A DNA stretch of 64,000 nucleotides from assembly GCF_006345805.1 (NCBI RefSeq), contig NC_043007.1:6944001-7008000 (forward strand). The letters run 5' to 3'. Each line of letters opens with the position of its first letter. Positions within the stretch are counted from its first letter, which is position 1. Positions 51,526-64,000 of the stretch are shown here, piece after piece. Both the position numbers and the translations under genes were made by a program. The DNA is from Octopus sinensis. Its lineage: Eukaryota. The notes under the pieces were generated by a model. The model saw nothing but the letters and a program-made list of their open reading frames with translations, made no database searches and was not told the origin of the DNA.

Positions 51526-53293
51526 TTCGTATGCACACAACTGGTTAGACTATTTGAACAAAAATCCTAACATCGGGCTACAAGTAAACTTAGATGCCAA
51601 GAACTCTCATAAGTATCCTAGCTCTCACTAATAACTGTTTTCAGTAGCTGTACTAAACTTGTTTTTTATGCCTATTTCCTTTGTCCATCTATTCAGATCT
51701 TTAGAGATAGTTCCCAATGCACCTATAACTACAGGTATTCATTTTACCCGCATTTTCCATAGTCTCCGTAATTCAATGGCTTGGTCCTGGTACTTTTGCT
51801 ATTTTTCTGTACCTCTCATACTGATTATTTTCATCATTTAGGACAATAAAGTTAATTATCTGACACTTTCTATTCTCTTTATCTGCTACTACTAAAGCAG
51901 ACCTTCTAGCTTCTATTACTCTGTAAGTCTGAATGTTAGAGTCTCACATCTTGTATTTCTCTCCTGCTAGTGCTTTAGAAGGTTCAAGTCCTAGCTTTCT
52001 ACATAACTCCTAGTGGATTACTCTACTCTCTCTAGGTTGTCATGCCTTTTGTTGTATTCTTCCTGCGCCAGCATGCTACATTCACATACTTTATGAGTAA
52101 CACTTTTCTCTTTTAATTTCCATAGCCTACATTGGGAATCTACTTTGTTTTTATCTATCTTGGTTGTTATCCAATTAATTAGTCCTTAAAGCTTGATCCT
52201 ATGCTGTTACCAACACACTTTGTCTCCTGCCTCAGCTTTCCTTTCTGCAGTCGTAACTATGTTCCACTGCTACTTGCTGCAACTATCTTTGGGAATCTGC
52301 CATGCAACACCTTCTCCTGCCAGTCAGATAATTTCTGTTCTTTTTCCTGGTTTTTGGTTTCCCTATGTCTTGCTGTGACACTACCAGCTTTTAATAAACT
52401 TTCCTCACTATTAACTACTTAGGAGTATATATCTACTCTCGCTACCTCCAAGCTGTCTGCTACTGATATTAACCATTTCCGCCATCCATTCTAGGAACAC
52501 ATAATCTTTATACTGCTGTTCTTCTGTGGAGCCCTACATTCATATTGAATTTCTTCCTAGTTATTCTGTGTAGCTGTGCCAATTCAGTTTTTGTATAAGC
52601 AACGACAGTGCCCGATTATTAACAGCCTTTACTAGATTCAGACCATTTAACTTTGACTTTATTAGCTTCCTCACCCTCCCGATGTACTCCTTCTCAATTT
52701 TCGTTCTCATTTCTATTGTTGGCATTCTGTCAGAGTTATAACTCTCTCCTCCGTTGAATGATATTATTGTTTGGCCATCTAATAAATGGATACCTTCGCT
52801 GTTGACTACCTCTCTTATTCTCATGTCTGATATTGCTCACTTATCTATGCCAAATTCCATGCCTCTGTCTTTGCTGAAGAGTCTTACAGTCTGTATTAAG
52901 GAATCTATCTCTTCTTTTTCATTCTTACCTAAACGCTTCAGATCATCCATGTCGAGCAAATGGTTAATTTCCCATTACTATTTCTGAACTGATACCCTGA
53001 ATTTGCCTTCCTTAATACTAAACTGAGGGGAATCAAACAAGACAAATATTAAAGTGGACAATGAATTCCCCTGGGAAATTCCTCTTTTGATATTAACTTT
53101 CTCTAAGAATCTGTCACCAGAGTAGAGATCTCCTTTCCATTTCTTCCTGTTAAAGCTAATTAATTCTCTTACGTTGTCTGCCATCCTGAATATACTCAAA
53201 CATTCACTTATCCATGAGACTGCGATCATATCTTAGGCTTCCCTATAATCTATCCATGCTATCGTTAGATTTTCCTTTCTAGCTTTTACTTCT
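51526..53293 (-). mobile_element. R4/Dong-clade non-LTR retrotransposon, 5'-truncated and decayed (RT, CCHC knuckle, RLE C-terminus, 3' UTR)
   Basis: Minus-strand peptides NLTIAWIDYREA*DMI, KRGISQGNSLS, INHLLDMDDLK, KLIKSKLNGLNLVKAVN, CRLW...VTHKVCEC...RHD, ELRRLWKM...IPVVIGALGTISK. Followed by (TAA)n. Confidence 0.9.
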
Positions 53294-53561
53294 GACCTTG
53301 CACCATCAAATTGACATTTATTTCGAAGTTTTAACAATTCTGTGAATGGTAAAACTTTCAATAATGATGATGACCTGAAATCGCACTTGCTTCAGATTTT
53401 GGCTGATAGGGACCAAAAGTTCAATGAACGCAGAATCATGAAATTGACAAAAGGTCATCGAACAAAATAAAAAATATATAATTGATTAAACTTCATTCAT
53501 TGAATGAAAAGAAATCTATGTCACAGTAAAAAACCGAAATTACTTTCTTGCCAGCCCCATA
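53294..53561 (+). mobile_element. Mariner transposase 3' end and right TIR
   Basis: DLAPSN*HLFRSFNNSVNGKTFNNDDDLKSHL...QKFNERRIMKL, then AAAACCGAAATTACTTT...CCAGCCCCATA. Confidence 0.85.
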
Positions 53562-54713
53562 CGTAAGAAGGTATGTTATCCAAGAACACACGGCAAATCA
53601 TTGCTTGTTTCAAACCAAGGTACATGGTGAAATACCTGTTAGATTCAACCGTAACGAGTGTGAAAAATAAGTTGTATATTTTGTTATAGTTGTGGATTAT
53701 GATGATGTTCATGCTGTTCATATTGATGATGGTTTTTTCTTGCTATTATTTTTGCTGCAATTTTTATCGTTTATGTAGACGTTGATGATTCAACTGTTTA
53801 TATTTTCACCGTCGCCTCTGCTGCTGTTGTTTTATTTGTGGTAATGTTGCTGATGCCTTTGTTGGGATGTATATGTAGTCGAAAGTCATCACCAATGGGG
53901 AAACCAATATGATCTCAACCTCGAACTCCCTTAGATATAATATGCAAAGAATTCCGTAATGAAATGTGTTCGTCGTTTCGAAGCCAGTATTATTTAATTT
54001 GAAATGATATTTAGCAATTATTTGTGACAAGCTAGCAGGTGGCCACTTAGGGACTCTGCGGCTTATGCCATAATCTGGCACAGTATTTCAATAAGACATA
54101 TCTTTATGAGCAAAACACTGCCTAGAGCATTCAAACATCTATTATCTCGTCAGAAAATTGCTCCGAAACAAAAGCAGAAGAGAAGTTACTTGTGGAAAAT
54201 ATGAATATAATGAACGATTTATCAGGTAAAAAAAAACCATGAAATAAACGCAAAACAAGATTGAGGGGAGGGGCAGAAGTATACGGCAGAACACCGAAAA
54301 TAACTGATTTCGTGAGCGTTTCACACATTTGGTGTTTTAATGAAATTCTTGAGTTGGTTATTGTAATTCTGTTTAACATCTAGAACAATCTAGGTTATTC
54401 TTTAAAAAAAAAAAGTATTGATTTTTCTCTATGAAATCTAAGTGTTTAGTAGCTACGACTGACTAATATTAGCTATAATCTCTTTGCGATGCATCTAGAA
54501 GAGATACGTTAAAGAAAACAAACGAATATATTTCTCTGTTAATCCTGTTTTGTAATTGAGATATAAAATTTCTCTGAAATCTTACAAATGCAAACATTAT
54601 CTCAAATAACCCTGAAAATGATGATACGTGGAGAACGAATCTTAATTAAAAATAGAATACAAGCACACATACACACAGATACATACGCATACACACACGC
54701 ACACATGTGTATA

Positions 54714-54781
<68 letters not shown>

Positions 54782-55504
54782 CACACACGCACACATACAC
54801 GCACACACACAGATATAAGCGAGTGCATTGCCTGTGTATGTGTCTGCGTATACATATGTTTGTGTGTTTTCCTGTGCATATGTATGCCTACTCACGCACA
54901 CACACATATATGCAACTTATGAGTGTGTAATAGGTATGTAGATGCATATATATATATATGTGTGTGTGTGTGAGTGTATGCATGTTCCCGCACTTGAGAT
55001 TCCGCACGTGTCTGTGTGCGTATAGGTTTAATATAATGCAAAGTGTGTCGCGTCCTTCATCAGATGTTGTGTTACCCATGTATACACAGACATAATCTTT
55101 TTGAATTTACTTTTTCGAATTTAATTCTTCCCACAAACACAAAACCCTTATTTTACTAGTTATGACATGTGATACGCGCAACATACTATCAATTACTCGC
55201 TCCTGAAATGACGTTTAAGTTTGACAGTGATCGGTCGATTCTCTACAAGAAGTAAACAAATCTCCTGAACCCGAATTTGGCTGCAGTAGATTGAAGGACC
55301 ATTGTAGGGACGAGTACTAGGCCAATCGATAAATGACCTACCTGCTGATCAAGGCTGGAATTGTACAGGTCACAGTACAAGCCGTTGGAAATAAAGCGAT
55401 AAGTATCTACACATCTTTCCTTCAATAGGAGTCGAATATTATAAAACTTTCATGCGCGTTCACGCACACGTACATATATACACGCGTATACACAAATACG
55501 TGCG

Positions 55505-55550
<46 letters not shown>

Positions 55551-57062
55551 TACACACAGACACATTTAACATATAGTTTACTCTACAGGCTATTCCTTTC
55601 ATTAACTGTAGACTGGATATCTCAACACTTACGATACCTTCCGACGAGACCTTACTCCCTAACAATGCCGACAAATATGAAGCTAATTCGACCCATGCTA
55701 TAGGTGTACCTTTGTCCCTTATTAACCAGAAAAGGCATGTTTCCATACACAGTAAGCCTAGTGTGGTCTCATCTTCAGTATTTATCTCATATTATTCAAC
55801 TATTTCCAAAATAGAATAGTTTCTGTCTCTCTTGCCAGCTTCGTTGTTGCTATATATTCCTTAAGTTAGATGGCAATCGTCTCAAATAGATTAATCTAAT
55901 CAGGGATACACATATACCACTCTCTACTAAGAAACATCGCAAATTGCTTAATTAAGTTCCCGCATTAATGATTATACATTAATGATTATACATATATATT
56001 TTCATACATACATATATACAAGCACATATACATATAAATATTATGATTGCTGTACGATCAAGTTCGTGAATGTCGTGTGTGTGATATATGTAGTTAGATA
56101 TTTGGATACATGCAAGATTATGGTCAATATTCATGCTTTACACTCTTTAATTCGAAACTGTATTGCATTGATTGAACATTTTTCTGACAATGTACCTAAT
56201 TTAAGAGAAATATATGCATTACACAGAATTCAAATATTCCTTTGCACGAAATACTCACCATTTAATCTGCATTGGAAAATCTTACTTTCGAAAATAGTTG
56301 CTGTTACTTAACTATAGACTGGAATGTAGCGGTTTTTAGTAAATGCCATAATTGGTTGACTATTTAAGTACTGACTCTGCTTACACATCTCTCATGATGG
56401 ATTAACGTTTGTGTTAGAATTTATCAAATTTTATAGCTTTGAATAGATTTTCCTATATATATTTCCAGAAAATCTAATAGAATTTGAAGATTTACATTTC
56501 TCACATTTGTTAGTTTAACTTCATCGCTGTCGTTTATAAAGCCTGGCCTCAATCTCTTTCATATGTTTTGTATTTCTCTTCATCTCTGTTTCTCTCTCCC
56601 TTATTTCACTCTCCTTCATCATATTCACTTCTGGCCTAGTTCTTTCCTTCTTTCCATCACATCCTGTGTAAATAATGCCGGCGCGAGATTCGTGTGTTCT
56701 TGATATTAATCATTCTCCAGCCTGAGAATGATAACGTGAGATAAGCTCGCAGAACGGAAACCATATAAGTAAAAATTTATAACGACGTCCCTCCACGAAT
56801 CGAATCCTCCTCTTCATTTCTGCATTTCGGGATTTTACTCTCACGCGCATCAAACTATGTATGGCAATGCGTGTGTGTGTTTCTGAGCGTGTAAGAATTT
56901 GTGGACATTTATTGCCTACATGACTTGTTATATAGGCAGCACACACACACAAACTCATATATACTTATATGTATATACGTATATATATATATATATACAA
57001 GCATATACATATCTTCATGCCTGCATACACATATATTTAATATAATTCATATCTATCACATA

Positions 57063-57103
<41 letters not shown>

Positions 57104-57258
57104 CTCTCTGTATATAGAAATATATACACATACATACTTGCATATATTTAGGCATGGCTTGGGCCTATACTGTCCGGAAACTATCAAGGTATCAAAGTTA
57201 TATATTCGTATATAAATATATATACCGTATATAAATATATATACTGGATTCACTGAAG

Positions 57259-57603
57259 CTCCGGCGTCTGGCGACGGACTTGGTAAACACCCACAAAGTT
57301 ATCAACCACCTCACCAACAACAACACTGAACACCTTTTTGATCTCCATGTGTCTAACACACGTGGACATGCCTACAAAGTCAGAAAACAATACAGCTCCC
57401 ATGACTTTCGGAAACATTTTTTCACGCTCAGAGTTGCTGAAGCATGGAATAAACTGCCTGCATCAGTTGTTGACTGCCATGACACTGCATCTTTTAAGGC
57501 CCTCATGCTTTCCGAAATCCGCCGAAACTACACCTGATTATATATACACTTTAGATGAGTTGTAGTGCACCTGAGCACTGTACACAATTATTATTATTAT
57601 TAA
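57259..57603 (+). mobile_element. CR1-type LINE 3' end
   Basis: LRRLATDLVNTHK...NTRGHAYKVRKQ...RKHFFTLRVAEAWNKLPASVV, short UTR, (ATT)n tail. Confidence 0.85.
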
Positions 57604-57604
57604 A

Positions 57605-57748
57605 CACATAAATGCGAAACAAGATGGGAAAAAACAATATTCAAATACCAGAGGTAGAGTAATATTCTTTATTAAAAGCAGCAGAAATATCACAAAAACT
57701 GGTACTCGGAGTTTCACGATTCCGTTCGTCGGACAGTTTTGTTATATA
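57605..57748 (-). mobile_element. Short hammerhead-bearing repeat directly after a CR1 tail
   Basis: Contains the 57695-57740 motif. Boundaries approximate. Confidence 0.5.
57695..57740 (-). ncRNA. Type I hammerhead motif, U4C core
   Basis: Minus strand AAAACTGT-CCGACGA-ACG(GAAT)CGT-GAAAC-TCCGA-GTA-CCAGTTTT. 7-bp stem I with one inner mismatch, 3-bp stem III. Confidence 0.68.
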
Positions 57749-57937
57749 TACTGAATTGACGAAAAGTCACCTGACAGTAAATCAAAACCATTTAATTCCA
57801 AGATTTATTTATGTTTAACAAATGAACGAATTTGATAAAAGCATCTAAATATGTCACATCATGAAAATTGTTCAAACTTAAGTCCTTCTGGTGCGACAGA
57901 TTTTTCCATTTGAGTCCATACAGATTTACAGATTATA

Positions 57938-57995
<58 letters not shown>

Positions 57996-58000
<5 letters not shown>

Positions 58001-58320
58001 TTGGCCAAAAGTCCCCCGGTAGTAAATCAAAATTCCATAGATACGATCTGTAATTCTGTATTGCGGAAGTTTGCATTGAACTGAAGCTCTGAATAGAATA
58101 TGATTATGATTTCATTTTTGTAATAAAAATATATTCCCCGAGGAACCCTGCAGTTTTGATCCATAAATCATATTTGCTTTTGGAACTTGTTGATAGACAA
58201 AGCAAAACATTCCTTGTCTGGAAATTGCAAGCAATTCAATTCGAAAAGTTGTTCCCTGATATCCTTGAATTTCTCAAGTGAATCATTTCAGAACCCACTG
58301 TAATATTATTTGAACGAAAT
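57996..58320. mobile_element. Possible Tc1-like terminal fragment
   Basis: TA-GTGTTGGCCAAAAGT resembles Tc1 TIR starts and sits in (TA)n. No clear transposase translation. Confidence 0.3.
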
Positions 58321-59395
58321 GTCCGATTAATTATTCGGCGACCAATATTTTGTCATTGAATAAAAGTGTTGACTGCAAGTTCCTATGATGAAAATTGTGA
58401 TTCCATTCATTCAGGTCGTGTGATGTGTTACGCCAAGAACTGAAAATGTTTATTTTACCACAAAAATAATTAAAATCTAAAAAAAATTAAATACCTATTG
58501 GCCGCAGCAATCCGCGATATACTGAGGTGTCCGTGATATAAATTTACATGCATTAGCGAAACAAATACACAATGTGCTGAGAATGCGATAGTAAAATGCG
58601 AAATGGTGAATGGTTACTGGATTAGAAGCGGCTGACTTGTTCAGGTAAATTCGTTTCTATGCTTTCGGTTTGTCTTAACGCGTCTTCTTGAAGCTTTCCA
58701 TTTGATCTGCTCATATTCTTCCCTAGAATGAAAGTGTGTGTCGGTGGCAACTAGCCAAATACCAAAATACCAATATATAGTATAATACATTTATTTTTTA
58801 CTCCGCTGAAAAAAAAAGTATTCCATTTGTTGTTATTTCTAAAATACAAAAGCACAAAGTTAATTTATGGGACAAAGTGTATTCATGTAAATATATCATC
58901 GAACTATTGTCTCATAACTGCTGCTGATTCTGTCTGTTTTATACACAAACAGATTAACGTGTAATTAATTAATAAGCGCGGTTTGAATAGAGTTTACCGC
59001 CAGACGGTAGAATAGCAGAACACACACATATAAACATACACACACACATACACACACACGCACATACCGATTAATAACTGACACAAGAACAGAGTTACGT
59101 AACTACACTTATAAGGATACAGCTGTTTCGCTCTTAGGTAATTGAGTGTTAAATTCAATACATCTTAGAGGAAACATTATAAGTGTGTGTATGTGTTTCT
59201 GTGCGTGCGTGCGTGCGTTGGGTTGCGCGCGTATACATGCAATTCATGAACACCCATTACCTTTTCGCGAACGGAGCCATGTTGAAGAATGTGTGTGAAT
59301 TTAGGGAGATTTTGTGTCTTTTTTGTCAGGTAATTTCCATACGTAAATGATTTTTTTCTGGAAATGAGTTTATCAGTATATTAGGGTGTTAATGT

Positions 59396-59578
59396 AGAAG
59401 CGCAAGGACTCGCCGCCATAGGACCGCGGTTTCGATTCCCAGACCGAGGGTTGTGAATGTTTATTGAGCGAAAACACCCAAAGCTCCACGAGGTTCCGGC
59501 AGGGGGTGGGTGGCGAACCCTACTGTTCCGTTGATCAGATGAACTGGAACCCTCGTTGTCGTAACCGACGGAGCGCCA
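59396..59578 (+). mobile_element. tRNA-derived SINE family 3
   Basis: GGACTCGC...GGTTTCGATTCCC (B box)...GTTTATTGAGCGAAAACACC...CCGGCAGGGGGTGG. Confidence 0.8.
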
Positions 59579-60046
59579 TGTAAGATTCTTAATATCTCAG
59601 TTTTCTTACTGATTGCCTAAGTGACACTCTCAGTGAATATTCCAATGCGCAAAACTTTTCTAAATTGTAGCTAAATGTTTCAGTCACGGTAATTGTTTTT
59701 TCAACTTCATGGAGATGTATGTAAATATTTCCTAACTTTAATGTAACGATTCAAAGGAAACATTGCTACAGACGTGGATTACTGAAGGAAACATAGATAG
59801 AACGGGACGTTGAATGTCTTTAATACCATCAGAACGGAAAACGATTACGGAAAAGAACTGCAGCGTTATTACAATGTCTGTTGTTGCAGTAACTAGTGAC
59901 ATTGCCAAAGGTATTCTGACGATGTCGTATGAAAAGAGTAAGCTTCGTATTCTATCAGTCCATCATTGAAAGAATATAAAAGAATAATAGTTATCTAATT
60001 TCCGGTCTTGTTTTTGAAATGGGTGATATTTGTTGTCGGCTTTTAA

Positions 60047-60083
60047 TGATAATAATAATAATAATAATAATATAATAATAATA

Positions 60084-60158
<75 letters not shown>

Positions 60159-60222
60159 TATTATTATTAATATTATTATTATTTTTAATATTATTATTAT
60201 TAGTAGTAGTAGTAGTAGTAGT
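60047..60222. repeat. (TAA)n-(TTA)n-(TAG)n tract with internal strand switch
   Basis: Direct reading. The (AAT)n run is followed by (ATT)n and is self-complementary. Confidence 0.9.
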
Positions 60223-60339
60223 GTGCTGAACGTGTTTATGTATGTTTATGGTCTCTAACGAATGCATAAATATATTGGCTTTTATTTGTTTTGTACATAC
60301 AAAAATATAATATGCAGAATGCTGTATTATATATCTATC

Positions 60340-60375
<36 letters not shown>

Positions 60376-60388
60376 ATATCTTTCAAAA

Positions 60389-60597
60389 GGTGACCTCGTG
60401 TGTACCGTTGGCGATTTTTTTCCTCTGTCTTCCTTCTCTGGATCTTTCTTTCTCCTATGTTTCCGACGAAGAGCTGCACTCGAAACGTTAAACCCTCCTT
60501 CTTTCCTTCTTTCCTGAGCGTCCAATAAAACTGTATTTGTTCCACGTCCTGGCGTTGTTGTGGTTTTTTTTTGTGCTTTCTTGTTTGGGTTAACTAT
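60389..60597 (+). mobile_element. Family A module
   Basis: Same landmarks as 45391-45600, flanked by (TA)n on both sides. Confidence 0.75.
60459..60493 (+). ncRNA. Hammerhead motif, U4C core (family A)
   Basis: GTTT-CCGACGA-A-GAG(CTGCA)CTC-GAAAC-GTT-AAAC. Confidence 0.5.
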
Positions 60598-60604
60598 ATA
60601 TATA

Positions 60605-60657
<53 letters not shown>

Positions 60658-60959
60658 GTATATGTATATATAATTAAAGAAGACGGGAAATGGAGACATA
60701 TCAATGAACAACAATTGCCTTACATTAATTATAATTTATTAATTCAATACAAATAGACTGCATCCCATCTAAGAGCTGTATTTGCTCCCATCGTTGTTTG
60801 GTATTCCCATTGATATGTAAAAAAATATTTATCATATTTGGTAACAAAACCGATATGAAAAATAGAACCGTTTCAGAACGAAGAATAAATAAAGAGGAAA
60901 AGCATAGAGAAGAAAAAGGGAAAAGTTGAATATGGTTGTAATCCTACCATTTTGCTTGA

Positions 60960-61126
60960 GGGTCTGTTCAAAGTGTTTTACATATGATGTATGCGGTGCC
61001 GGGTAGTGCTATTTTCTGCTGATTATATATACTCGTTCGTCCTGGTGTTTTTGTTATGTATTTGTCTGAAAAACATTTTATCACACCTAATGCGCCCTCT
61101 ATGATAGGCATTGTTTCTGTTTTTAG
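60960..61126 (-). mobile_element. R4/Dong C-terminal fragment, second subfamily
   Basis: LKTETMPIIEGALGVIK...KYITKTPG...QKIALPGTAYIICKTL, same subfamily as 48450-48720. Confidence 0.8.
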
Positions 61127-61169
<43 letters not shown>

Positions 61170-61172
<3 letters not shown>

Positions 61173-61425
61173 GAAAACTCACGGCATATTTTGCTAGGCA
61201 TGATGGAAAGTGTCAGCTGTCCACAGCCAGCAGACTGAGGTGACACTTGTTTACTGGTCATACTTTAAGAACCCTTTGAAGAATTCTTGCAGTTCCAAGC
61301 AATGCTGATTTTTGTAGGTGTTCTACCTTTACACTTGCACCGATCTTTTTCAGCCATGTTAGTAGTTGCGTGCTGATACTTCCAGTTACTATTGGCATCA
61401 CATCTACTCTCTTCATTGACCACAA
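61170..61425 (-). mobile_element. R4/Dong RLE C-terminus and 3' UTR
   Basis: RRLWSMKRVDVMPIVTG...VEHLQKSALLGTARILQRVL, then (TAA)n. Confidence 0.85.
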
Positions 61426-63722
61426 CCTTCGTATTTTTATTATCATTATTATTTCTATTATTATTCTTATTGTGGTTTTCATCATCACCGTAATCACCCG
61501 GCTTGTGAAAGTTTGCAGTTATTCCGAATAATTTGATTTCCAGTTCATACCGATAAATTTTGTTTTCCCACTTGTACTGCGTACTCAGATGTCGTACTTA
61601 AAATTCCAATCAAATGCTAAAGTCAATTTCATTCTCATCCAGTCATCATCATCATCGTTGTCAGCATTGTAAGAATTTAAGGTCATTATGCTTTCTATTG
61701 TGTGTGTGTGTGTGTGCATACGTGTGTGTGTGTGTGTGTGTGTGTGTCGTGGTGCGTATAGGACTGTGGGAAAGAAGTGTGTTCTTTGTCCTAAAATTTC
61801 ACTTAATCTAGAATTTCATATCTTCTATTTTGCGAATTTTGAGTAAATAAAAGCAAGATGGAGTCGCTTTGTCTTTCTTCTAAATCATGAAGTCATCCAA
61901 TGTCGAAAATCTCATGAGTTTTACTTTAAGTTATAAGAGTAAACAGCAGAATGTATTCAATTTTTCTGTTTTCCATTAAAATACAATAAAACCAGTAATG
62001 AATTTTGTACACTTATGATTCTAATATAGTACTACGCGCGCACACACACACACACACACTCACACTCACACACTCACACACACACACACACACAACACAC
62101 ACACACACATATCCATATGCATATGTATTTCGATGTACATATATTCATTTAAGTATATAAATATATATTTATATATGTGTATGCATATATGTTTGCATGC
62201 ATGTATGTATGTATATACATATATATAGGTATGGATGTATGCCTGGATGCTCGTATGTATGCATATATGTATGTATGAATATTCCTACCTCATTCACTAT
62301 GTATTCATACTAATGCAAACGTACACACTGAAACAAATAATCGAAGATTGATTTGTTATCACTACAATTGTTTCCACGCAACTTATTCCTCCAGACTCGC
62401 AGGTATTTGGTTACGTAAGCCTTTCCCTGCACTGTGAAATCTTGTCGTGTTTCATCAGGTTACATATAAATATTGTTTCTGTGTTCTGTAAACTCAAATT
62501 TCCTGTCGCGACTATGCGCTCAATATATCAAAAGATGTGTTGCGGTTGGAAGTCTGTCGATGAACCTGCTTTGAGTGGGAGGGTGACTATTCTTTGGAAG
62601 GTAAGTATTAAGGTCCATGCTGTCCGGGGCTGCCGATGCAGGCTTTCCTGCAGACGGCTGAAAACTTACTTGGGGGCCGGGATGAGGAAGACGAAGAATA
62701 ATGAAAAATATATTTTTGTAATTTGTAATTTTAATTTTTGAAATTTTTTTGATTAAAATTTTGATTTATATTGATTTAAATTGAACAATGATTTCGAGGG
62801 GTTATCGGTCGGCGGGCGTCGGTGCCCCTCCTGTAATTAACATTTTTTTCCATCTTTGTCGTTTTCATACACATTAATGTCTCTGTCCAGCCCGCAGCTA
62901 CCTTTATCTATGTACGACTTCATGGTCAATTCGATGAAATAAAGTATTAAGGTCCATTTTAGAGGGAATGTCAGTTTCTCTCGTTGATTGATTCTTCATG
63001 GCCGGATACACATTCACTGGCTGACCTTTAAGAATTTACCGGTCATTTCAGTGATGAACTTACTTGAACATATACATCTTTCTACATACATTCACACCCA
63101 TATGTACACATACATGCCCTCATCTATACATATACGCATACGTACGTGAATGTACGCCTAGATATAAAATTCATACACACTCACAGGAATGTTAGATATA
63201 CACATACGTACGCATATACATACATGCTTACATATATATACATACACACGCACACCCATACATATATAAGTATATATATATATATATATACATACGTTCA
63301 CACCCCACATACTGCAAGTACGTATTTTGTATATGCCTGTGCATACACACATAACCATACATAGTCAGACATGCATACGCTCAGATAGATATATACACAC
63401 GCGTGCGTACATAGATACATATCCAAATATACATAGTTTGCGGAACACAAAACAATATCTATATATACATTGATGAAACACAAGATTTCACAGTGCAGGG
63501 AAACAGTTGCATAACTAAATACCTTCAACCCTAGAGAACTACGTTGCGTGGAAACAATTGTAGTGATTGAAAATATATGTTCCTCTGTATTCCTTCTTGT
63601 TGAGTGCAACTTATTGAATTATACACACACATGTACACATACACATACACACACACTTATATATATATATATATACACACATATATATATATATATATAT
63701 ACACATATATATATATATATAT

Positions 63723-63769
<47 letters not shown>

Positions 63770-64000
63770 ATATAATATATATATACATATATTTATAGTA
63801 ATGTTTCAGTGGATTACAATCATAGTAAGAATATGCATGGCATATTAGTAAAAATTCCCTTATAGAGAAGGAGGATTATTAGAGATGACAAGTATTTCAT
63901 TGTAATTGAAAACGATTAAAGACGTGGACTGATTTTGACTACTGAAATCATGTGCTGATTCATTCAAGCAGGTTGTGGTATAATACATCAGTGGCTCAGG

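Overview
AT-rich, microsatellite-saturated eukaryotic DNA. The repeat families (tRNA-derived SINEs, (TAA)n-associated LINE tails, long (TA)n/(CA)n tracts) look like a coleoid cephalopod, most likely Octopus; this is recognition from memory, not a database result. No intact protein-coding gene is recognisable and most of the ORF track is translated microsatellite. Recognisable coding relics are all transposon-derived: several R4/Dong-type non-LTR fragments (two with RT cores) chained through (TAA)n tracts, a Tc1 relic, a mariner 3' end, a CR1-type 3' end and an L1/Tx1-like ORF1 zinc knuckle. The main unexplained signal is about 15 minimal type I hammerhead-ribozyme motifs (stem I / CUGAnGA / stem II / GAAA / palindromic stem III / NUH) in at least six unrelated short non-coding repeat families. 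They resemble Penelope-like-element (PLE) pseudo-LTR or retrozyme-like modules. They recur as divergent inverted pairs, carry repeated core variants (U4C, U3-A8, A6U), and occur fused to a tRNA head in one case and in the loop of a perfect 135-bp inverted repeat in another. All motifs were parsed by eye; none has been tested for cleavage.
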